DNA of 64,000 nucleotides from Octopus sinensis (lineage: Eukaryota): contig NC_043009.1 in the NCBI RefSeq assembly GCF_006345805.1, positions 59,768,001 to 59,832,000 of the forward strand, read 5' to 3'. The position numbers and the translations under genes were made by a program. The notes beneath the pieces are model-generated. The model saw only the letters and a list, made by a program, of their open reading frames with translations. It did not search any database and had not been told where the DNA came from. How positions within the stretch are numbered: position 1 is the first letter of the stretch; each line of letters starts with the position of its first letter. Shown here in pieces: positions 53,336-64,000 of this stretch.

Positions 53336-53540
53336 GACTCTTTTACTTGTTTTAGTCATTTGACTGTGGCCATGCTGGAGCACCGCCTTTTAGTCTAGCA
53401 AATCGACCCCGGGACTTATTCTTTGTAACCCTTGTACTTATTCTATTGGTCTCTTTTGCCGAACTGCTAAGTTATGGGGATGTAAACACACAAGCATCGG
53501 TTGGTGGGTGACAAAAACAGACACACAAAAATATATACAC

Positions 53541-53572
<32 letters not shown>

Positions 53573-53580
53573 CATCATCA

Positions 53581-53618
<38 letters not shown>

Positions 53619-55611
53619 GACGGGCTTCTTTCAGTTTCTGTCAACCAAATCCACTCACAAGGCTTTGGTCAGCCCGAGGCTATGATAAAAGACACTTGCC
53701 CAAGGTGCCACACAATGGGACTGAACCAGGAAGCATGTGGTTGGTAAGCAAGCTACTTACCACACAGCCACTCCTATGCCTATATCTCTCTCTGTAACTA
53801 TTTTACATCTCTATGTCTCTAAGTGCAAGGTCTTATCATTGTTGTTGTTGTCAAGCTTAATTGAGTAGACCTATTGTCAAAGTCATTCCAGATGTGACCA
53901 TCCTGTCTTTATCCTATGAGTACCAAGATATGCATACACTCACATTACATACTTACAGAGTTGTACATATACACATAGATATGCATATTTGCAAACACGT
54001 ACATGTTCACGCATAGATATGCATGCATAAAAACATATAGACACACATACACACATATACACATACATACATAACCTTGCATGAAAGAGTTAATGAGGAG
54101 GCACCTTAGTGGCTGCTCAACCTGCAAGAAACAGCAGTCAAGTCTCCCTCAAATTGTGCCCTTCTATCTTAAATCTTGGCAGGTTAGATAAGGTGCTCCC
54201 TGGTTTACAGTATACAGTATATAGGGAAAATGAAATGAACATGGCAATAAGGTATTTGATTAAAGATTTGCTTGATCAGGATTGATTTGGAGCTAAAAAA
54301 ACAATACCATAATTTTACAGACACTCCTAGAGACTTAATATAGTTTCAAAGAGAGAGAGAGTAAGTGAAAGAGATAGACAGAGACAGAGACAAAGACAGG
54401 ATGTAGTGATAGTGTGCATATATGCATGTGTGACTATGTTCTCATCCCTTGCTACTTTTTATCAAACTTTTTTGGTATAGTGTGTGCGTGCATGCAAGTG
54501 TGTGTGTGTGTGTATGTGTGTGTGTGAGTGTGTGTGTATCATGCAAAAGGGGTTCAACTTCAGTGAAAGCATCAACTACATTGAATCTACCCAATCAAAC
54601 CTAAAAGACATTGGTATGGAGAAAAATCCTGTGGTTCAATCCACCGTTTAGAATGAATGTGGCAACAAATATTGCTAGATTTTTCATTATACTAATTAAT
54701 ACTCACTTTCTGAAATATTAATTGCTATCCAAACAATGGTTCACAAATTTTTACAGGCCTCTCTTGCAAATAAAAATAAATCCAAGTGACACTCAACAGA
54801 TTCATCAAAAATCTCCTCTAGACAAGAAATGCCTTGTGAAAGAATTTGTATCTAGAACCAACATATTCAATTGAAACAGCACCAAAAAGATTTTTGAGAA
54901 ACACATTTAAGGAAAGATACATACAGCCGCAGTTTCTCTCCAAGACAAAAAGCAAGTGTAAGGTTACATCACTTTCTAAGTTTGTACGTTTTTTTAAAGT
55001 AGATTGAGGATATCAATCTACCAATAAACTACACTATGAATGCTAAAGCTAACAAACAGAAAGAGAGAGCGGCAGATGATGCAATCTATGTTTAACAGAG
55101 AAGTTATATATACTGACCTTACCAGTGAATGCATTTAATGTAAAGGAAGAAACATTTACACTTTGCCCACATGGTGATGGCAGGGGGAGGGGGAGAAAGG
55201 GAGGAAGAGGAGGCGGAGGAGGAGGAGGATATACATATCTATTATATAAAATCCGTTTTGTCTGTCTGTGTGTGTGTCTTCTAGGATCTCGGGCATCCTC
55301 CATCTGATTGCGCTCAAGTTTGATATGTAGATACCAACGGTATCAGGGCATGTATAAGTCTTGAAAAAATTACAAAAATCGATTCCAGGTGAGAATGTGA
55401 TCGATAAAGCCGTGGGAAGGTGCATTTTTCTTTGGAATAGAAAAAAAGTGTATCTTTATTTCTTCTTTTGCTGGTGTCTCAAATTTAGGTTAAACTGCCT
55501 ATGGGACAGTTGGACAAGTTGTTTTGATAAAATTTGGTTTAAATGTTTGACAACTCAGCACTGTCCATTGGATGGGGAGGGGTGTGTTTTGCTCATAAAT
55601 ATATATATATA

Positions 55612-55824
55612 CAGGGTGGGCCAAAAGTAGATTTACATTTATCACGTAGACACTTGAAATTTCTTTTAAAACATTTTATTACATTTTAATTTTCTATCTT
55701 ACAATTAACTAAATTAGCATAGAATAATGGTCTCATATGTTTTTATAATTAAGATCTAAACTGTTAATATATGAACACAAAAGAGATAATTGAATAATTG
55801 TAAACCTACTTTTAGGCCACCCTG
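55612..55824. mobile_element. Tc1/mariner-type MITE
   Basis: TIRs CAGGGTGGGCCAAAAGTAGATTTACA / rc CAGGGTGGCCTAAAAGTAGGTTTACA; TA on both sides. Confidence 0.85.
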
Positions 55825-57033
55825 TATATATACATATATAAATCCTGTATAAGATAACTATTATACTACAACAATGGTTTTCTGCACAAATTAAATTATA
55901 AAACTACAAAATAAAGCTTAAGCATAACCCGCCCAACCATTGTAATTACTATAATTATAATTGAAATACTGGACTAAGTTGATACAAGCCATACTTTTTG
56001 TGTCATCTCAGCCGTTAAAAAGCATCAACACATTCACTCTATGATTGCTTTTAGTTTGATGTAATGGCTCAACCATCAAATTTGTGTATGCATGTGTGCA
56101 TGTGTGTGTGTGTATGTGCATGTGTGTGTGTGTATGTGCATGTGTGTGTGTGTATGTGCATGTGTGTGTGTGTTTGTCTCCCATCACTGCTTAACCACTG
56201 ATGCTGGTGCATTTATGTCGCCATAACGATGTCGACAAAAGACATTTATAGAATAAGTACCGTGTTTAAATAATAAACAAGTGCACTCAGAAAATGTAAA
56301 CTTCCGCCAAGACAATCCCAACGTCCTCTCAACAATTGGCTGGAGATGATTTTTAAAATGAGAATATCGGAAATAAACTCAACTGCTCTCACAAACAAGA
56401 ATACTAAAAAAATGAACCCGACCACTCTCAAAAATTAAGTAAAAAAACAAAAAATGGAAAAATAATCCAGAATCCTTGTCCAGTACTGGATCGATCCCAA
56501 AATCTAATCATCTCATACTAGTCATGAAGCCAAACATCCCTGAAAGTTTCATCTGAATCCATCCAGCAGTTCTTGAGATATCTTGTCCATGGACAAGCAA
56601 ACAGACAAACACAACTGAAAACAATACCTCTGCCTTCGCTAAGGCAAAGGTAATAAGTACAGTGTGTGTATGCGTATGTGTGTGGGGAGCAATTCTTTTG
56701 ACAAGATATTCCTCAAGGCGGTGCTCCAGCATGGCCACAGTCAAATGACTGAAAGAATTAAAAGAAAAAGAAAGGAAAAAAGATACGTTCTTTTTTTTTT
56801 TTTACTTATTTCAGTCTCTCGACTGCAGCCATGCTGGAGCACCCGCCTTGAAGGACTTTTTTAGTCAAAGAATTCAACCCCAGGACTTATTCTTTGTAAG
56901 CCTAGTACTTATTCTATCGGTCACTTTTGCTGAACCACTAAGTTACAGGGATGTAAACACACCAGCATCAGTTGTCGAGCGATAGGGGCAGGGGTGTCAG
57001 ACACACACTCACACATACACACATACAAATATA

Positions 57034-57415
57034 TCTCTCTATATATAAACGGCAGTTTGTCTGTGCATTTTCTGTGTGTCTGTTTTCTCGTACCCTCACT
57101 CTGACCACGGCTTTCAACCGATTCTGATGAAACTTGACACACACATAGCCCAATGTCATAATTCAAAACTAACGCAGCGAAAATTTTGAAAAGTTCCCCC
57201 AGTTCTGAAAAAAATCGATAAATTCGACATGGGGTCGAGAATCAGAAACCCAAACCGCAGACCGTCTAGGGGACGCAACTCCACCTTTTTTAACTCTCAA
57301 AAAAATTTACCATCATTTTTTTTCCATTTTTTTGCTATTTTTTGGCTATAACTCTCTAAAAATGCTTTATAGTTATTTCCCTTACAAACCTGAGCAACGC
57401 CGGGCGATACTGCTA

Positions 57416-57416
<1 letters not shown>
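57034..57416 (+). mobile_element. Non-autonomous Helitron-like element
   Basis: 5' TCTCTCTATATATAAACGGCAGTTTGTCTGTG, 3' GAGCAACGCCGGGCGATACTG-CTAG followed by T. Confidence 0.7.
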
Positions 57417-57457
<41 letters not shown>

Positions 57458-57659
57458 TCTGTCAACCAAATCCGCTCACAAGGCTTTGGTAAAAGACTCA
57501 GTGCTATAGTAAAAGACTCTTGCCCAAGATGCCACACAGTGGGACTGAACTCGAAACCATGAGGGTGGGAAGCAAGATTCATACCACACAGCCATGCCTG
57601 TGCCTAATAATAACCATTATTTTTTTTATATATATTATATACATAGATTTCAAATTTTG

Positions 57660-58800
57660 GCACAAGGCCAGTAATTTCAGGGATGGGGGCTAGTCAGTTA
57701 CATCAACCCCAGTGCACAACTGGTACTTATTTTATCAATCCTAAAAGGAATTTGAACTCAGAATGTAAGGATGGATAAAATACCACAAAGTATTTTTCCC
57801 AGGGTGCAAATGGTTCTGCCAGCTTGCCACCTTAGTCATAATATTGGTTTCAAATTTTGACAGAAGACCAGCTATTTGAGGGGTGGGGACTAGTCGATTA
57901 TATCGACCCAGGTGCTCAACTGGTGCTTATTTCATTGACCCCGAAAGGATGAAAAAACAAAGTTGACCTCAGCAGAATTTGAACTCAGAATGTAAAGGCA
58001 GACGGAGTGCTGCTATGTATTGAACCCAGCTCAGTGATGCTTCTGCTAGCTTGCCACCTTTGAAGTGTATCAATATTCTTTTCTACTCTAGACACAAGGC
58101 CCGAAATTTTGGGGGAAGGGGCCAGTTGATTAGATTGACCCCAGTACACAACTAGCACTTAATTTATTGACCCCGAAAGGATGAAGAGCAAAGTCGACTT
58201 TGGTGGAATTTGAACTCAGAGCATAAAGACAAGCGAAATACTGCTAAGCATTTCACCCAGTGTGCTAAGATTCCTGCCATCTTGCCACCCTTCAAATATT
58301 CTTTTCTACTCTAGGCACAAAGCCTGTAATTTTGGGGGAGTGGGTGGAATTTGAACTCAGAACGTAGCTGCAGACAAAATGCCTATTTCTTTACTACCCA
58401 CAAGGGGCTAAACACAGAGAGGACAAACAAGGGAAGACGAAGGGATTAAATCGATTATATCGACCGCAGTGCATAACTGGTACTTATTTAATCGACCCCG
58501 TAAGGATGAAAGGCAAAGTTGATCTCGGCGGAATTTGAACTCAGAACGTAACGGCAGACAAAATACCTATTTCTTTACTACCCACAAGGGGCTAAACACA
58601 GAGAGGACAAACAAGGACAGACAAACGGATTAAGTTGATTACATTGACCGCAGTGCATAACTGGTACTTATTGAATCGACCCCGAAAGGATGAAAGGCAA
58701 AGTCGACCTCAGCGGAATTTGAACTCAGAATGCAACAGCAGACGAAATACTGCTAAGCATTTCGCCCGACATGCTAACGTTTCTGCCAGCTCACCACCTT
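57660..58800 (-). mobile_element. Cluster of about 6 head-to-tail full or partial copies of repeat family C (my label, SINE-like)
   Basis: Recurrent atcgaccccagtgcataactggtactt...gaaaggatgaaaggcaaagtcgacctcggcggaatttgaactcagaac. Other copies at about 4490-4630, 17580-17815, 18648-18870, 19010-19282, 41165-41670, 51340-51556. Confidence 0.8.
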
Positions 58801-59541
58801 TGAAGTGTATCAATATTATTGTAATAACAGTATTGACAGACTAGTTTGGAACAGGTTGCTATAAATTCTTATGTTAGTGAATATTCCCGTTATTAATACA
58901 CACAAAAAACAAACAAAGATACAAATTTACTTAGCTAACGAACAGCTTACTTAAAAAGAATCAAAGGAAAATATTGATTACAATAGATAATAAGTATTGC
59001 ATTTATGCAGTTACTGTTTTCAATTACAGCCAACTTATCTGTCATTCCCTCCCCCTTCATCTTTGTATCATCCTCTTCTGCCTTCCTCTTCCCTTGTTCT
59101 CCTTAAAATCCCCCTCTTCCTCCACTCATCTTCTTTTTCTTGTTTTTCAATATTCTCCTCCTCCATCATCCCACATCCTCCTCCTTCTTCCTCTGTCCCT
59201 GATACTTTCTCACTGTGAGAGATTGTGTGTGTGTGTGTGTGTGTTATATACATACTCACAAACACATCCTGCTTACACTTCAGGTGATTCTTACTGAAAT
59301 CCTGGGACCCACAAGCTGACTGGGTGGGTTCTAGATAGCAGTCTAAGGGAGACAATCCCCTGTGCTTGACCTTTGTGGGTTCAAAAAACTAACCACAAGG
59401 CTTTTTCTCTCTCCACTTGGAAGAGAGGTTTTAGGGCCCCAGCCATTAGGGTTTGATGAGACACATGTAAAACCAAGTGCTTTATGGACACAAAACTACA
59501 GGTAACTATCTTTATCTGAATATATATATATATATAAAATA

Positions 59542-59952
59542 GGCGTAGGAGTGGCTGTGTGGTAAGTAGCTTGCTTACCAACCACATGGTTCCAGGTTTC
59601 AATCCCACTGCGTGGCACCTTGGGCAAGTGTCTTCTACTATAGCCTCGGGCCGACCAAAGCCTTGTGAGTGGATTTGGTAGACGGAAACTGAAAGAAGCC
59701 TGTCATATATATGTATATGTATATATATATGTGTGTGTGTTTGTGTGTCTGTGTTTGTCCCCCCCAACATCATCGCTTGACAACCGATGCTGGTGTGTTT
59801 ACGTCCCCGTAACTTAGCGGTTCGGCAAAGAGACCGATAGAATAAGTACTAGGCTTACAAAGAATAAGTCCTGGGGTCGATTTGCTTGACTAAAGGCAGT
59901 GCTCCAGCATGGCCACAGTCAAATGACTGAAACAAGTAAAAGAGTAAAAGAG
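59542..59952 (+). mobile_element. SINE family A (my label), full-length reference copy
   Basis: tRNA-like head ggcgtaggagtggctgtgtggtaag...ggtttcaatccc, central ccttgtgagtggatttggtagacggaaactg, internal TA/TG microsatellite, tail (AGTAAAAG)n. Confidence 0.85.
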
Positions 59953-60642
59953 TATATATATATATATATATATATTATGTATGTATGTATGTATATATCA
60001 TAAGGATATGTTTTAATACTATTCCACATATACAAAACCAGCCATACCAACAATCCAACATATCCCCATCATCAGCTGCCCCACGGATTTCATTATGGTT
60101 TTGACACCTGGGCAGTACCATTCAATCCAACAGTCTCAACAGCACTAAAATAAGTGTTGTTTGAGAGCAAACATACCAAAGAAACCACAACTTTCAAACA
60201 CATTTACCCTATTCACAACAGTATTTTATTGTATTATCCAGGGATTGAGATATTTGAAGAAAGTTAACTTTGAGCAATTCATAGTAAATATAAAAAAAGA
60301 CAATGTACAAGAACAACAGTGGTTTATTGAGACAGAAGGCTGCAGATTATTTTTCCGCATAAAAGCACCAACCGATCGTGGCCGTTTGCCGGCCTCATCT
60401 GTCTCCTGTGCTGGTGGCATGTAAAAAAAAGCATCCACTACACTCATGGAGTGGTTGGCATTAGGAAGGGCATCCGGCTGTAGAAACACTGCCAGATCAA
60501 GATTGGAGCCTGGTGCAGCCTCCGGGCCTCCCAGACCTCGGTTGAACCGCCCAACCCATGCAAGCATGGAAAATGGACGTTAAACGATGATGATGATGAT
60601 GATCCGCCCAACCCATGCAAGCATGGAAAATGGACGTTAAAC

Positions 60643-60675
<33 letters not shown>

Positions 60676-61512
60676 GAAGAAGAAGAAGAAGAAGAAGAAG
60701 AAGAAGAAGAAGAAGAAGAAGAAGAAGAAGAAGAAGAAGAAGAATGGAATGATGAGCAGAAAATTTCTTTTCATATTCCATGGTAGGCAACTAGGGTTAT
60801 TGGGTGTGCGAAAAAGATTACAGGAATTACAGATTGGAGTAGGGAAAATCCGGGTTACATATGTTTCATATTGAATGGAACCTTAGAAGTGGTAAAATCC
60901 AAGTGGGGTGTATACCCCCAGCTACTTTTCAGGCCAAAGATATCTTGTTTAGATTAAAGGCTATATTGTTGCAAGGAGGTGTATGTTGATGCAAAGAAGA
61001 TTCAATTGGAATATATGGAGAGCGCAGTATGAGAGGGGTGTATAAATGTAGGGAGAAATAACTATTAGAAGATAGGAAGAAAGAAGGAAAAAAGTATAAG
61101 GAAGTGAGAGGAAGGAGGAATTGGGTGAGGTCAGTTTATTGGTAGTACATAATATATTAATTTTGGCTGACTCACAGAATTTAGAAGTGGGATTGGTACT
61201 TGAAGAAAAGATAAATTGGAGGAGAGAGGGGGAGGAAACATTTTTGGTGATGGGGAAAATATATGTAACCCGGATCTTTTCTACTTCATTCCATTATTCT
61301 TGTATATACAAACAGGAAGCATTTCTACCACTTCTACCCACCACTTTCCTTGGATAATGGAACTGCAGTTATAACATCTTTACATATTCTTATTTTTATC
61401 TTTATTTCTACATTCATTTTTCTATTTCCCTACATACTCCATATTTCCTTCCTTTTCCAAAATAACTCCTTATATTGAACTCTAATACTTCCCTCTATTC
61501 AACCATCTCACA

Positions 61513-61564
61513 TTGTCTTTGATGAAGGGATATCCGTAATATCCCAGAAACAGCTGTAAGACAA
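61513..61564 (+). ncRNA. Minimal type I hammerhead ribozyme motif (U3 variant)
   Basis: UUGUCU (stem I)-UUGAUGA-A-GGGAUAU ccgua AUAUCCC (7-bp stem II)-A-GAAAC-AGCU-GUA-AGACAA (stem I'); palindromic ACAGCUGU stem III; predicted cut after 61558. Confidence 0.7.
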
Positions 61565-61630
61565 ACTTTCCATTTATAAATGTTCTGAAAATCCCATACA
61601 GCCTTGGCTTTGTTGTCTCATTTTATTTAA

Positions 61631-61851
61631 CCCTTTAGCATTTAAACCGACCATATCCAGCCAAAAGTATTCTGCCTGTTTTATGTTAAAACTGGCCAGA
61701 TCTGGTCTCTCACACCAACCCTACAATATCATTTTAAAAATGAACAGCTACCTCATCAAAATCTCATAGCTACAAGATAATGCATGATCAATTCAAAACA
61801 ATGTGGATGAAGAAGCATTAATTTTGGCAGAATAATGCAAACACTAAAGGG
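61631..61851. mobile_element. piggyBac-like MITE (diverged relatives near 1535-1720 and 13340-13550)
   Basis: TTAA|CCCTTTAG ... CTAAAGGG|TTAA. Confidence 0.8.
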
Positions 61852-64000
61852 TTAACATATACAAGCAGTACTACCTGACTGGCCCTCATGCCAGTGGCAC
61901 ATAAAAGCACCCACTACACTCTCGGAGTGGTTGGCGCTAGGAAGGGCATCCAGCTGTAGAAACTCTGCCAGATCAGATTGGGGTCTGGTGCAGCCATCTG
62001 GTTCGCTAGACCGCAGTCAAATCGTCCAACTCATGCTAGCATGGAAAGCAGATGTTAAACGATGATGATGATGATGATGATGCTTATACAAGACCTGTAT
62101 TAGACTCCTCACTCGTATCATCATGGAACCAAGCGTTTAACTACAGTCCTTACATAGCACTTACACGGCCTTACCTACCAACTTTGGTCTTGTGGATATC
62201 AATACCTCTAATTATATATCATCATCATCATCGTTTAACATCTGATTTCCATGCTGGCATGAGTTGGACGGTTTGACTGGGAGCTAGCAAGCCAGGAGGT
62301 TGCACCAGGCTCCACTCTGATCGGGCAGTGTTTCTACAGCTGGATGCCCTTCACAATGCAGAGCCACTCCGAGAGTGTAGAGGGTGTGTTTTACGTGCCA
62401 CCGGCATGGCAGTCGTCAGATAGCACTGGCATCGGTCACATTCAGATGGTGCTTTTTTACATGCTACCAGCACAGGAGCCAGTCGGGGTGGGGAAGAGGG
62501 GGCTGGCATCGACCACATTCAGATTGTGCCTTTTACATGTCACCAGCATGGGGAGCCAGTCAAGCCATTTTAAACGAATGTGACGACTATGTATATGATG
62601 AAGAGAATGCTGGCAAGTTGTCATCATCATCATCATCATCATTATCATTTAACGTCCGCTTTCCATGCTAGCATGGGTTGGACGATTTGACTGAGGTCTG
62701 GCGAACCAGATGGCTGCTCCAGACTCCAATCTGAACTGGCAGAGTTTCTACAGCATTCCATTAATAGATTTCCATGCCTTTAAACTTTATTCCCATTCGT
62801 CTATCGCACTACCTTTCTTCACTCTTGGCTTTCTGCTATTTTCCTTCTTTCTCCTCCTTCTCTTTCTCTAAATTGCATTTGACATTGAATCTATTAACAG
62901 TTTGTTTTTCTTCTTTAAATAACTTGCCAGTGTTCCCTTCATCATATAAGCAGTCATCACATTTGGTTAAAATTGCTTATTGATGTTGTTTCTCTTTTTT
63001 TTTTCCTGATGAGAAGATTGCATTGTTTAATATCATTTTATTCCTTCTGGAATAATACCAATGTTTTCATCGAAACATATGTTGGAAGTATAGAAATTTC
63101 AATAACACCTGCGTTTAACCCCATTTCTTTATTTACCTGTTACACAAACTCATTTCACTAAACCCTGGAATTTCTATCTTTTAAGTAGGCTGTAACATCC
63201 TTGGTACTTATGTGAATTTTTTGCTACCCTGGTAACTATTTATTTTTTCCATGTTATTTGTACACATTGAAAAAATCTACGTACATTTATATATATATAT
63301 ATACATATAATTTTAATCCAAACGGGAAACAAAAAAACAACAACAATGGAACAATTACAGTATTATTATTAATAGGCGCTCAGGAAAAGGAAGCAGGGAG
63401 GTATGACGTTTCGAGCGGAGCTCTTCGTCGGAAACATAAAGAAGAAGAGAGAGGAAAGAAAGATCCCAGAGCGGGCAACAGGGAAAGAGAAAAAAGACGA
63501 CTGGTGTTTACGAGTTGCACATGGTGAAAGGCGGATGTTTACGAAAACAGAGCAAAGTGGGTTTTTAAAGGCAAAAGAGTGGAGACAAGGTTGGTAACGC
63601 AACAGATGTGTGTGTATGTGTGAGTGTGTGCGTGTGCGTGTGTGTATGTGTGTGTGTGAGGCGAGATGAAAAAACAAAAAAATATATATGTGTGTGTTAG
63701 TGTGTGCGTCTGTGTGTAGGCGTGTGAGGTAGGGCGAGATAGTGGTCAGCTTAGCAGACAAAGGTCAGTAGTAAGAAAAAGAAGGAAGGAGGAAGGGAGG
63801 GAGGGGAAGGGGTGGGGGCGTATGTAGCGTGCCAGCGTTTGTTGAGTAGTACTGTGTGTGTGTGTCCAGTGTCGTGGTGGTATAAATGGCGAGTAGATTG
63901 AATGTGTGTAAGAGTAATGTATATATTAAGCAATGTGTGTATATGTGTGCGCGTGTGTGTAACGAAAAAGGGGGGGGGTTAAGGAAAAGGACTCCAGCTG

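Overview
Eukaryotic, AT-rich, repeat-saturated genomic DNA with dense (TA)n/(CA)n/(TATG)n/(GATA)n microsatellites, tRNA-headed SINEs, MITEs and Helitron- and Penelope-like fragments. The repeat landscape looks like an octopus (coleoid cephalopod) genome; this is inferred from recalled repeat families, not from a search. Two convergent protein-coding genes are supported. (1) The last coding exon of a FAT1/2/3-kugelei-type giant cadherin (+, 10112-10818; GYHWDTSDW...HTQV*), with a candidate 39-nt microexon upstream. (2) A complete three-exon DNAJC22/wurst gene (-, 44660-26035, 347 aa) whose J-domain last exon is tandemly duplicated (25140-25325). Nearly all other ORFs in the track are microsatellite or SINE artefacts. 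The least expected signal is a set of minimal type I hammerhead-ribozyme motifs, with intact, variant and decayed cores, in at least four unrelated repeat families, one of them a tRNA-headed SINE. There is also a cluster of long fold-back structures in DNAJC22 intron 2 and a triplicated PDZ-ligand-plus-stop cassette at the Fat 3' end. All coordinates and alignments were read by eye; repeat boundaries are approximate.
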